Source of the DNA: an uncultured Gemmatimonadales bacterium
Lineage (GTDB): Bacteria; Gemmatimonadota; Gemmatimonadetes; Gemmatimonadales; GWC2-71-9
Length of the DNA: 64,000 nucleotides
Direction: 5' to 3'
NCBI GenBank assembly: GCA_963788625.1
Contig: CAWBHB010000001.1
Location: forward strand, 1,332,512 to 1,396,511
Both the position numbers and the translations under genes were made by a program. Each line of letters opens with the position of its first letter. The first letter of the stretch is position 1. This document shows positions 26,355 to 35,947 of the stretch, in pieces. The notes beneath the pieces were generated by a model. It made no database searches, was not told the origin of the DNA, and saw only the letters and a list, made by a program, of their open reading frames with translations.

Positions 26355-28923
26355 GTGCTCTGGCTCCTGGCAATCGGCACCGGTTGCGTTGCCGCAGGCG
26401 GTACTCACTGCTCCTTCGGGGGAACCTCCGGAATCCGTCGCGGTCGTACTCAGTCCCCGTCTGTTACAGCCCAAGGGGCCCGGCTTGGCGCGGGGCGCGG
26501 GCTGGCGGGCGCTCTGGGCCGATACCGTGTGCCTGGCGGTGGCGGACGCCGAGCGGCTCGGCGGAGGGAATGTCGCATACGCGCCGGATGACGGACCCCT
26601 CGCTAACGTCGTCATTGCACGTGGGGTAGACGGCAAGGCCCTCCGGCTGCTTCCAGTAGATAGAGACCCGGTCACCGTCTCCCTTCCCAGGAACCTGCGG
26701 GGTACCGAGTTCAACGACATCCTTCGGGACCTCGTCGCCACCGTACACCCGACGGCGCCACTCGTGGCAGCGGGGCTGTATCAGCGCGCCGGCCTCGACG
26801 CGATTCAGCCCACGCTCGTCGTTCTCCGTGCCGGTATCGACTCGTTCCATCTCCTCGATTCGCTGCGCGACCGGCCGGTGTGGATCGAGCCGGCTCCCGA
26901 GCTCGACGGAAAACCGTACGGCCGTTTTGCACGGGTCATCACCACGGCGGCATTGCTCGAGCAGCTCCGGCTCGAGCCCGACCACCGCCATCGCCGTCGA
27001 GCGGTATCTCGCTTCCCGGCTGCTGGACGTGCTGGTCGGCGATCGGGACCGAAGTCCCGAGCACTGGCTCTGGGGTCTGGAGCCGGATAGCGGAGGAGGG
27101 GAGCGTTGGGTACCGATCGCGATGCGTCAGGAAGAGGCGTTCCTTCGAGCCCAGGGCTGGAACGCGGCGGTGCTCAACCAATACGAGCCGGGGCACCAGG
27201 TGTTCGGTCCGAAGATGCCGAAGATTGGGCCGCTTACCGATCGCGGTTATGACCTGGACCGTCAACTCCTGGTCCGGCTGAATCGGGCGACCTGGGACAG
27301 CGTAGCGGCCGCGCTGGCGCAGGCGCTGACGACGGCACGGATCGAGGAGTCGGTCGCCGCGTTGCCTGAATCGCAGCGCATGCCCTCGCGGTCTCTGCTC
27401 GTCACCGGCGTCGCCGGCCGTCGGGACTTACTTCCCAAGATTGTCCCGCAGTACTACCGCATCATCAACCACAACCCCGATGTGATGCTGTCCGACGTTG
27501 ACGAACGGGTGGAGGTTCGCCGGTCGGACCAGGGGGATGTCGAGATCCGGGCCGAGGTGGGTGGGGTCGAAACCTTTCACCGCCAATTTCTCCACGAGGA
27601 GACCGAAGAGGTGAGACTCCACCTCGAGGGCGGCCAGGATTCGGTCGTGCTCATCGGAGTAGAGCAAGGAGGGACGGGGGTGCGCATCACCTCGCGCTCG
27701 GGGAACATCGCGCTCAAACGGGACGGACCATCCACGAAGCGCGTGGTGCTCTACGCTGCGCCTGACAGCGCCAGTCTCGATCCGCCGGGCGGTGTCCGCC
27801 TGGTACCCCGCGCGACCAGTCGCCGGGTGCGCTGGGAGCGCGATGGGGTTCCGCCCGAGCCACTGGACTGGGGTGCTGCAGACCAAGTCCGGCGTGCAGC
27901 TGGGATACAGTGGAGACCTGGGTCTCGTCGCCGGTATCCGCGCCCATCGGGACTGGCAGGGCTTCGAAGAGGGCCGGTATCGCCAGCAGCTGCGCGGTGC
28001 ATTCACCTTCGCCACCAGGCCGGCGGGTGCGAGGCTGCAGGTGGAGTTCGAGCGTCGCGACGTGCTGCGGAATCTCCACCTGCTGCGTGGCGGCCAAGGC
28101 GACCGGAATCGACGTGGTCCGATTCTTCGGCTACGGCAACGAGACGCAGCAAACCAGAGACCTCGACTTCTACGAGGTCCAGGTCCGTGAGGTGGCGTTG
28201 GGCGCCGGCGTCTCGCTGTCCTCCCGGCCGGAGCTGGTGTTCAAGGTCGGGCCGTTCATCTCGTTCGGCAGCACGGACACGACCGGTACCACGACGCTCA
28301 TCGCACAACAGCATCCCTACGGCTCGGGCAACTTCAGCTTCGCCGGCGTCGGCGGAAGCCTGGAGTACTCCACTCTCCAGTCGGTCCGAGAGCCGGTGCG
28401 ATACCAGGCGATCCTCGAGGTGCTGGGCGCTCCCGGGTGGATGGACCTGGACCAGGGCGGATTCGGCCGCTTCTCCGTCCAGGGGCGGGTGCTCTGGGGA
28501 ATTGGCCAATCGCGCCGGGTGGTGCTCGCGACTCGACTGGGCGGCGTGCTGCTTACCGGAGCACCGCCCTTCCGCCAGGCCGCGCGGGTGGGTGGCCCGC
28601 TGACCCTCCGCGGCTTCAGAACCGACCGCTTCTCCGGCGATCGCGGATCGGTCTACGGGAGCCTCGAGACCCGGGTGAGAATGTTCCGCTTCAACGTCAA
28701 CTTCATCTCGGCCGAACTGGGTGTGCTCGCCTTCGGCGACGGGGGGCGGGTGTGGAACCAGGGCGAGTCCTCGTCCAAGCTGCACGGCGACTTCGGTGGT
28801 GGCCTCTGGGCGTCGCCGTCACTGGGCTGGTTGCCCGGGCTCGACGAAGTGGTGGCTCGGCTGGATGTGGCGCACAGCGAGGAGGGGACGATCTTCTCGG
28901 TCGGGACGGGGTTTCGGTTCTGA
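26355..28923 (+). pseudogene. Large Omp85/surface-antigen-like outer membrane protein, at least 4 frame disruptions as assembled
   Basis: Lipoprotein-like start VLWLLAIGTGC. Successive +1 steps link ORFs 26355, 26281, 26828, 27792 and 27910 (junctions ~26395, ~26990, ~27850, ~28070). Internal LLDVLVGDRDRSPEHWLW. C-terminal barrel ...LTLRGFRTDRFSGDRGSVYGSLE...EEGTIFSVGTGFRF*. The start is uncertain. Confidence 0.5.
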
Positions 28924-28926
28924 ACT

Positions 28927-28997
28927 GCGGGGAACGGGGAACGGGGAGCAGGTGAACGGTGAACGGTGAACGGGGAACGGGGAAGGGGAGGGGGAGC
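28927..28997. repeat. Tandem heptamer array (GGAACGG/GTGAACG), single arm
   Basis: ggggaacggggaacggggagcaggtgaacggtgaacggtgaacggggaacggggaaggggaggggg. No complementary arm nearby. Same word as 18738-18776. Confidence 0.75.
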
Positions 28998-29095
28998 AAT
29001 TGGTGCCGAAAGGAAAAAAGGCGTTGTCATTCCGAGGGAGCGAAGCGACCGAGGAATCTCACTCCCCACGGGTCCACGAAGGGATCGGCCTCTCA

Positions 29096-29217
29096 CGCGA
29101 TTGAAATCGCGACTCGGCAGAGCGTCCCTTCGGGACGCCAGCAACTCTCCACCGCGGTCAGGCCCAAGAGTCTTCCGTGGCGCAGCCACGGCCTGCCGAG
29201 CCGCGACTTTAGTCGCG
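29096..29217. mobile_element. MITE/REPIN-like element, mini-hairpin family, copy R1
   Basis: cgcgattgaaatcgcg-actcggcagag ... cctgccgagc-cgcgactttagtcgcg. The termini are inverted repeats. Each contains a 5-6 bp mini-hairpin, and two more mini-hairpins lie inside (gtcccttcgggac, ccgtggcgcagccacgg). Confidence 0.55.
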
Positions 29218-29255
29218 AGGGACGGAGGGCGACGTCCATCGTGAGAACGGCTGGG

Positions 29256-29711
29256 CTACTCGGCCTTCTCCAGCTCCCGATTCCCATCCACGTATTTCAG
29301 GTTGAAGCGAAAGCTGGTAATCCTCCAGCTTCCCTCGAGCCTCGCCAACCGAAAGTCGTAGCTGCCGACGAAGGTGCGCACGTTCTGTCCGCTCCGTGTC
29401 GGCCGGTAATGCGTCGCGGTTCCGTAGCAGAACGCCTCGGCCTCCTCACCTTGAACGGCGACCCGGTAGTTGCCGGCCTGGTGATGCACGGCCTGAATCG
29501 GCTTCAACCCTGTCTCCCACGCCGCGGCGAGATCGGCGCCGGCCATCTCCGCCGGCTCGCCCCCGGCGAGCGAGGTCATGTCGACGTGAAGCCGAGGGGC
29601 CAGTGCATCGCGCACCATGGCCCGATCGCGGGTATCGGTGCCGATGAAGAGGCGATTGATGGTATCGATGATCTCATCCTTGGCGATGAGATCCTGGAGC
29701 GGGGTGGACAT
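29256..29711 (-). CDS. SnoaL-like / NTF2-fold protein
   Basis: 151 aa. DEIIDTINRLFIGTDTRDRAMVRDALAPRLHVDMTS...VHHQAGNYRVAVQGEEAEAF...SWRITSFRFN is the typical SnoaL_4-like pattern. Confidence 0.65.
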   Translation of the reverse strand: MSTPLQDLIAKDEIIDTINRLFIGTDTRDRAMVRDALAPRLHVDMTSLAGGEPAEMAGADLAAAWETGLKPIQAVHHQAGNYRVAVQGEEAEAFCYGTATHYRPTRSGQNVRTFVGSYDFRLARLEGSWRITSFRFNLKYVDGNRELEKAE

Positions 29712-29767
29712 TGAGCGGGAATCGGTTGGATTTGAGAGTAAGGGTGAGTGAGAAACGGGGTCGCGTG

Positions 29768-29989
29768 CTAAGGGCCGAGGTTGCGGAAACCGCGCTCGAA
29801 TGCCTCGGCGCGAAGACGTTGCTCTGGTGTAAGCTTTGACTGGTCGAAGTACGGTGCCCAGCCCTCCTCCCGGTACAACGGCACTATCTCGGCCATGAAA
29901 GACTCGAGATCCAAGGTGCCATCGAGATAGGCACGCATCAGCTTCGGTAGCCGATCTGCCATCGGATTCTCAAAGCTCAATGTGTCCAA
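29768..29989 (-). CDS. Hypothetical small protein (73 aa)
   Basis: The ORF has a non-degenerate composition (MDTLSFENPMADRLPKLMRAYLDGTLDLESFMAEIVPLYREEGW...). No family recognised. Confidence 0.4.
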   Translation of the reverse strand: MDTLSFENPMADRLPKLMRAYLDGTLDLESFMAEIVPLYREEGWAPYFDQSKLTPEQRLRAEAFERGFRNLGP

Positions 29990-30004
29990 GTCTCCCCTCG
30001 TTTA

Positions 30005-30126
30005 CGCGATTCCAATCGCGGCTCGGCAGACCGTGGCTTAGCCACGGCAGGTTCTTACCTGATCGCGAGACAATCGGGCCTTCGCGTCGCGAAGCGACGC
30101 TCTGCCGAGCCGCGACTTTAGTCGCG
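30005..30126. mobile_element. MITE/REPIN-like element, copy R2
   Basis: cgcgattccaatcgcg-gctcggcaga ... tctgccgagc-cgcgactttagtcgcg, with internal ccgtggcttagccacgg and gcgtcgcgaagcgacgc. 122 bp, same length as R1. Confidence 0.55.
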
Positions 30127-30155
30127 GGCGACGGTCGAGCCAAAGCCCTGTCCCG

Positions 30156-30359
30156 CTAATCGTTTAGCACGAACGTGACCTTCAGCAACACCCGGTATTC
30201 CGTGATCTTCCCTTTCGCGATCACGACTTTCTGACTCTTGATCCACGCCCCGGTAAGGTTGCGCAGCGTCTTCTCCGCGCGGGCGATGCCGGCGTTGATG
30301 GCGTCTTCGAAGCTCTTCGAAGAAGAAGATTGGATCTCGGTTATCTTGGCGACGGCCAT
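30156..30359 (-). CDS. Dodecin-family flavin-binding protein
   Basis: Only the last 67 codons of the spurious 415-aa ORF 30156-31403. MAVAKITEIQSSSSKSFEDAINAGIARAEKTLRNLTGAWIKSQKVVIAKGKITEYRVLLKVTFVLND matches the dodecin pattern (SFEDAI..A..A.KTLRN...W.....V....G.I..Y.V.LKV.F.L). GGAGG lies upstream of the ATG. Confidence 0.8.
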   Translation of the reverse strand: MAVAKITEIQSSSSKSFEDAINAGIARAEKTLRNLTGAWIKSQKVVIAKGKITEYRVLLKVTFVLND

Positions 30360-30566
30360 AGGGACCTCCAGGCCTGTGTGATTTGCGGTGATGGTACTGC
30401 GGGACAACTTGACCAAGCTACCTCGAATGCAACGAGGGGAAAGGGGTGGATCTAGACCCTCAGGTCTATTGCCTCGGCGAGGACCAATTAGAGATTGCGG
30501 GGCCGGATTCCAAGCTCTAACCACAGCTGTCCCTGTTGGGATAAGCAGTTCAGCGATGGACGAGTG

Positions 30567-31484
30567 ATGGGCGTGTATCTCCTGCTGGGTGATCCGCAAG
30601 ATCCCTGGTTGACAGGCGTTCGCAGTGCGTTGGAGGCGGGCAACCACAAAACCCGCACCATACGCAATCCGCTCGCGGATCCTGCCTACTTTGCCTGGCA
30701 TCTGGATAACAGACAGTCCAAAAGCCAACTGAGCTGGGATGGTGAGCCGCCGCTGACCGACAACGAGATCAGCGGCGTTTTCGCGCGGGGTCCTGCCTGG
30801 ATCGAATCCATCAACTGGGAACCCGAGGACCTGGCGTACACACTCGCCGAGACTCAGGCCGCGTTCCTTGCCTGGCTGTGGAGTTTGCCTTGTCCGGTCG
30901 TCAACCGTTATCCCGCCGCGATCTGGTATCAGCCGAGGCCGCCGCTGCTCCTGTGGCATTCCTTGCTCCGGCGCTCCGGCCTGCCGACTCTGGAAACCGT
31001 TATAACGAACGTTCCAGAAGAAGCCCGGGCGTTGAGGGCGCGGCTGATCGATGCGGGAGTGGCCGGCGTGGTCTACGAGCCACTCACCAGCCTGGCGCGG
31101 TACATGGTGACCAGCGAAGAAGAGTGGAATCGTCTCGAGGTAATGCAGGGCTGTGCACCTGCGTGTCTCCCTTATCCCTACGGCGACGTCCAGACGCTCT
31201 GCGTTGTGGGGGACCAGGTCGTGTGGCAAGGTCACCCATCTCTCGAGTCGGTCCGCTTGGAGCCTGCCCTTTGCCGTTTTGCCAGGGCTGCCGGACTCGC
31301 CTTTGTTGAATTGGCTCTCGCTCCTGGCTCCAGCGGTATCAGTGTCATCGCCGTGGAACCATTCCCCCGACCCGATCACTTCGACGAAGCCACTCGGCAG
31401 CACATCGTGGAAGGGCTGGCGCGGCTACTCACGCTGGAGACGGGTAATGGTCGCCCGATCGCCGCGGCGGGGAGCCGCGCATGA
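30567..31484 (+). CDS. ATP-grasp-fold paralog, probably non-catalytic
   Basis: ORF 30495-31484, ATG 30567. Colinear with the downstream ligase (LLLGDPQD / ILVCGGLAD; LPCPVVNR / LPCAVVNR; GLPTLETVITN / GLLTPPTLVTN). It lacks the ligase's ATP/Mg residues (VYEPLTS instead of IYKSLSG; no E-x-N). Confidence 0.55.
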   Translation: MGVYLLLGDPQDPWLTGVRSALEAGNHKTRTIRNPLADPAYFAWHLDNRQSKSQLSWDGEPPLTDNEISGVFARGPAWIESINWEPEDLAYTLAETQAAFLAWLWSLPCPVVNRYPAAIWYQPRPPLLLWHSLLRRSGLPTLETVITNVPEEARALRARLIDAGVAGVVYEPLTSLARYMVTSEEEWNRLEVMQGCAPACLPYPYGDVQTLCVVGDQVVWQGHPSLESVRLEPALCRFARAAGLAFVELALAPGSSGISVIAVEPFPRPDHFDEATRQHIVEGLARLLTLETGNGRPIAAAGSRA

Positions 31485-32443
31485 TTCTGGTGTGCGGTGG
31501 ACTGGCCGACTCGGTCACCGAGCTGGTTTGTGCCCGGCTGGTCGATTGCGGCTACCCGTATCGGCTGCTCGACATGGGGACATATCCCGGCGGATTCCAC
31601 ATCAACTGGCATTGGCAGGATCAGGGTCCGGAGGGCTACATCAACACCGACGACTGGAAGCTGGATCTGGCCGACCTCACCGGTGTCTTCGTCCGCTACC
31701 TCGGCGCCGAGGGCCGCGCTCTCCCAGCGAACGTCGCGGCCCGGAATGTCCCCGCGATGTATGCCGAGTATGACAGCGGCTTGATGGCGCTGTTGGAAGG
31801 ACTACCGTGCGCCGTGGTCAATCGGGTTCGCGGCGGCATGTCCAACGGCAGCAAGGTGTATCAGGCGCTGCTGGTGCGGCAATCCGGCCTGCTGACACCG
31901 CCGACGCTGGTGACCAACGACCCGGAGGCCGCACGCCGCTTCTACGACGAGTGCGGCGGCGAGGTCATCTACAAATCGTTGAGCGGCATTCGTTCGATCG
32001 TCCGCCGGCTCGAGCCGGAACAACTCTCCCGGCTGCCGCTGCTCCGCAACGGTCCGGCCCAGTTCCAGGCTTTCATTCCGGGCGTAGATGTGCGGGTACA
32101 CACGGTGGGCGAGCAGCTGTTCGCGACGCGGGTGCATTCCGATGCTGTGGACTATCGCTATGCAACCCGCGAGGGCCGTCAGGTCGAGATGGACCCGACG
32201 ACCCTGCCTCCGGCTGTCGCTGACTCCTGCCTGGAGCTGGCGCGCCGGCTGGACCTGTTGATGACCGGCATCGACCTCAAGGAGACCCCCGAAGGCGAGT
32301 ACTACTGCTTCGAAGTGAATCCGAGTCCAGGGTTCATCTACTACGAAAAGCACAGCCGTCAACCGATCAGCGCCGCACTGGCCGACCTGCTCCACACCGG
32401 CTTTCAATCACCAGTCCAGAATGAGAGGGAGATGCTTATGTAG
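31481..32443 (+). CDS. ATP-grasp ligase (RimK / graspetide-ligase-like)
   Basis: ATG overlaps the upstream stop (ATGA). NGSKVYQALLVRQSGLLTPPTLVTND, EVIYKSLSG, QAFIPGVDVRVHTVG, AVDYRYA, MTGIDLKETPEGEYYCFEVNPSPGFIYYE. This is the ATP-grasp nucleotide and Mg site pattern. Confidence 0.75.
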   Translation: MILVCGGLADSVTELVCARLVDCGYPYRLLDMGTYPGGFHINWHWQDQGPEGYINTDDWKLDLADLTGVFVRYLGAEGRALPANVAARNVPAMYAEYDSGLMALLEGLPCAVVNRVRGGMSNGSKVYQALLVRQSGLLTPPTLVTNDPEAARRFYDECGGEVIYKSLSGIRSIVRRLEPEQLSRLPLLRNGPAQFQAFIPGVDVRVHTVGEQLFATRVHSDAVDYRYATREGRQVEMDPTTLPPAVADSCLELARRLDLLMTGIDLKETPEGEYYCFEVNPSPGFIYYEKHSRQPISAALADLLHTGFQSPVQNEREMLM

Positions 32444-32521
32444 CTCGGCTAGTAATCCGCTGGAAGCAGCACCGTCGTTCACCTGGCGGCTTGCAGAGTC
32501 GCTGCAGCTTAGGAGTCTCTT

Positions 32522-33037
32522 ATGGCACAGGGCAAAGAGTCTGGCGGAGGGAAGCAATCCTTCGTCGGGAAAGAGGATCGTCCTGAAGTAAAGATCAGTC
32601 TCGACACACCGCTCAGCGAGCTGCGGGTACGCGAGCTGGGAACCATCCTTGGCTTCATGGTGACCAAGACCCCATTCGAAGTCGGGAAGACACCCCTGAA
32701 AGACTTCTTCGACAAGGATTTCCCGGAGGTCGCCAAGGATTGGGTGAAGGAGATCAAGATCGAGAAGATCGAGAAGCCCGAGAAGCCTGAGAAACTGGAA
32801 AAGAACGAGAAGCTGGAGAAGAACGAAAAGCACGAGAAGTTCGAGAAGTTCGAAAAGCCCGAGATCAAGGAAGCCAAGCACGAGAAGCTCGAGCGCGAGC
32901 CGGTCTTCGATCCCGGCATTCCCCCGGGGCCGGATCCTCGCATCGAACAGGTGATTCAGGCCGTTGCGGGACTGGCCCGGCAGGTGGCTCAGCTTGCCAA
33001 TCAGGTCGAGGAGTTGAAGAAGGCGTCGACTCGATAA
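32522..33037 (+). CDS. Glu-Lys triplet-repeat protein, candidate ATP-grasp substrate
   Basis: AGGAG lies 6 nt upstream of the ATG. 171 aa. The core (32750-32895) is ~13 units of GAGAAGNNN = KEIKIEKIEKPEKPEKLEKNEKLEKNEKHEKFEKFEKPEIKEAKHEKLE. The C-terminal IEQVIQAVAGLARQVAQLANQVEELKK looks coiled-coil. A hairpin follows at 33061-33116. Confidence 0.7.
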   Translation: MAQGKESGGGKQSFVGKEDRPEVKISLDTPLSELRVRELGTILGFMVTKTPFEVGKTPLKDFFDKDFPEVAKDWVKEIKIEKIEKPEKPEKLEKNEKLEKNEKHEKFEKFEKPEIKEAKHEKLEREPVFDPGIPPGPDPRIEQVIQAVAGLARQVAQLANQVEELKKASTR

Positions 33038-33127
33038 TCTCGGCTAGCGCGGTATGGCAGACGGCGTGGTCGCTCGTGGTCGCTCAAGGAAGGGAGATGT
33101 CCGAGCGATCACGCCGTTGGCGTGTCA

Positions 33128-33247
33128 CGCGATTGAAATCGCGACTCGGCCGAGCGTCGCTGCGCGACGCGAGGACCCACGATTCCAAGAAGCGTTAGGA
33201 CTTCCCGTGGCGTAGCCACGGTCTGCCGAGCCGCGACTTCAGTCGCG
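33128..33247. mobile_element. MITE/REPIN-like element, copy R3
   Basis: cgcgattgaaatcgcg-actcggccgag ... tctgccgagc-cgcgacttcagtcgcg. 120 bp. It overlaps the last codons of the kinase gene. Confidence 0.55.
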
Positions 33248-35911
33248 TTGCCGAGCTGAGGGGAGTACTAGTCTCTGGAACCTCGGATTCTTCCGCAGCG
33301 GCTCAAACGTCGGATCGATCCGGAGCCAGCCGGGAGAGAGGTAGAACGGCACCTTGAGCAGCGGCTCGAGCTGGTCCAGCGCCTTCTCCGGCTCGCCGAC
33401 CAGGAGGTAGATCCGCACCATCTGGAGCTGGACGTAAGGGCCCGAGTGAGCCCGTCCTGGCTGATCGGCATGAGCTTCACGCCGGCAGCCCTTCGCGCAC
33501 CGCGTCCGCCTTCCGTCCCAGATAGGCGAGCGAGAGTCCGAGCAGCACTCGGCGCTGCCCGTCTTCCGGCGCCGCGCGAGTCTGTTCCTCGAAGGCGAGC
33601 CGCGCCGAGTCGGCATAGACGGCCGCGCGGGCACGATCACCGCGGAGATGATAGATCTCGGCCCGCACGATACCCCAGCTGGCCCGGTCATTGTCGAACG
33701 CACTCGGCGGCGCCGCGAGCACCTGCCGTTGCTGCTCGTCGTCCAGCACCCAGTAGAGATCCTGGTAGTAGGCGATGAAGGGCAACAGCGTTCCGGGATC
33801 GATCTGTAGCTCGGTCCGCTTGACCACGGCGCGGGCGCTGTCGAGATCGCCGCGGGCGAGCGCGATCAGCACCTTCACCGAGACGATCGTGGGATTGGTC
33901 GGCGCCAGGGCGATCGCGCGGTCGGCGGCGGAATCCGCGGCCGGGTAGTTTCGCAGAAAGGCGTGGACGATCGCAGAGCCGGCGGAAGGTGTTCGCCGAG
34001 CGCGGGTCCAGGAGTGAGGCACGGGCGAGACGCGCCGCCGCTCCGTCCCAGCGTCCCAGGCTGGTCTCGGTGATCGCCGCCGCACCGAGCAGGTCCACGT
34101 TGTCGGGTGCCAGCCGGAGTCCCTCTTCGTACGCGGCGACCGCCTGCTCGTTGTCGATCGGATTGACGCTACCGTAGTAGTCGCCGATCGCGAGATAGAC
34201 CGAAGGATCCTTCGGCTTGAGCTGGCGGGCGCGCTCCGCCGCGACCCGCGCCTGCGTCGCCCAGTTCCGGCACCGGGAACGCCGTTGGAGTAGAGTGAGC
34301 TTCTCGCCCGGGACAGCTGGCTCCAGGCCTGCACGAACGTGGAGTCGAGGGCCACCGCACTCTCGTAGAAAGCGATCGCCCGCCGGAGACTCGCCTGGTC
34401 GTTCTTCATCCCGCCGGCGGCGGCCTCGCCCTTCAGGAACTCGTCGTAGGCGGCAAGGTTCTCGGTCGGCTTGGCCATCAGCTCGCGCCGCGAGCTGTCG
34501 CCCAGGGCGACGCCCAGCGCGTCGGCCACCTTGGTCGCGATGTCGGCCTGCACCTGGAAGACGTCGGTGAGCGAGGCGTCGAACTGCTGCACCCAGCGGG
34601 TGCGGGCCGCCTTGCCTGGGCGCGCTTCGACCAGCTCGGGCGTGACCCGGACCCGATTGGTCCGCCCCTTTCTCCCACCGCACCGTGCCGGTCAGCAGGT
34701 AGTCGGCGCCCAGCTCCTGGGCGATCTCGGTCGGGTCCGCTGGTGGGATGCTGGTACTCGATCGAGCTGCCGCGGGCGATCACCTCGAGCCCCGGACCTG
34801 GGCCAGCTTGGTCCGGACCTCGTCGGCGACACCGTCGGCGAAGTAGGCATCGGCCGAGTCGCCCAGATTCTCGAAGGGGAGCACGGCGATGACCTTGGTG
34901 CCGCTCTCGCGCGGCCGGCCGATTCGCCGCCAGGCGAACAGGGCCCCGCCGCCGATCAGAATTCCCGAGTGAGCAGCGCCACGAGGACTCGGCGACAGGG
35001 GCCGGCGCCTGGCCGGAGCGATCCGGCGAGTGGCATGGCCTCGAGCTGCTGGCCGTCGCGCGCTCGGGCGGCGCGTGCAGCACCTGGGCGAACTCCGCCA
35101 CGGTGACGAAGCGGTCGCCGGCTCCGGGGCCATCGCCCTCCGGATCGCCTCGTCCACCGCGGCTGGGACATCCGGATTCGAGCGTCGTGACGCTCGGCGT
35201 CGGGTCGGCGATCCGCTTGGCCACGATCGCGTGCACGGTCTGGCCGGTGAAGGGCGGTTCGCCGGCCAGCATCTCGTAACAGCACCGACGCGAGCGAGTA
35301 CTGGTCGGCCCGGGCGTCGATTTCGCGGCCATCGGTCTGCTCCGGACTCATGTAGAGCGGGGTGCCGATGGTGATGCCGGTCCGGGTCAGGTTGTCGTCG
35401 GCGTCGAGCGCCCGGGCGATGCCGAAGTCGGCCACCAGGGTCGAGCCGTCGCGGGTGAGCAGGATGTTCTCGGGCTTGATGTCGCGGTGGACCACACCCT
35501 GCTGATGGGCGTAGTCCAGCGCCAGGGCGGCCTCGCTCGTGATGCGGAGCGCGTCCTCCAGCGGGAGCTGGCCCATGCGGTGCAGCCGGTCGCGCAGCGA
35601 TTCCCCCTCGACGAAGGGCATGGTGTACCAGAGCTGCCCGCACCGCCCTCGGCGCCGCCGAGCTCTCCCGAATCGAGCACGGTCAGGATGTGCGGATGCT
35701 GGAGCCGGGCGGCGAAGAGGATCTCCCGCTGGAACCGCTCGGGAGCGTGCGGAGCGGCGGCGACCTCGGGCAGCAGAATCTTGAGGGCGACGGGGCGGTT
35801 GTGGCGGATGTCCTGCGCGAGATAGACCACCGCCATGCCGCCGCGGCCGATCTCGCGCTCGATGGTGTAGCGATCGGCGAGAGCCTCGCGGACTCGGTCC
35901 GGGAGGTCCAT
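33239..35911 (-). pseudogene. Ser/Thr protein kinase with TolB-N-like module and TPR repeats, many frame disruptions as assembled
   Basis: Kinase N-lobe MDLPDRVREALADRYTIEREIGRGGMAVVYLAQD. Catalytic HRDIKPENILL, DFGIA, GTPLYMSPEQ. Then IAVLPFENLGDSADAYFADGVADEVRTKLAQV and TPR-like helices ending ...LSPGWLRIDPTFEPLRKNPRFQRLV. The pieces are spread over at least 6 ORFs in different frames. Confidence 0.7.
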
Positions 35912-35947
35912 GCTAGTCCTATAGGTCAGGAAGAGGACGTGGGCGAC

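Noticed and set aside
30156-31403. 415-aa minus-strand ORF spanning the dodecin gene and the first ATP-grasp gene.
   Set aside because: Only the last 67 codons (30156-30359), which have their own ATG and GGAGG, match a real family (dodecin). The rest is antisense to the ATP-grasp paralog and crosses the divergent promoter region.
32408-32943. Minus-strand ORFs (157 and 144 aa) with Leu/Phe-rich repeats (LLELLVLFVLLQLLVLFQF) opposite the EK-repeat gene.
   Set aside because: These are the mirror image of the GAGAAG repeat (CTTCTC gives Leu/Phe/Ser). They have no start context, whereas the plus-strand gene has a strong SD and non-repetitive flanking domains.
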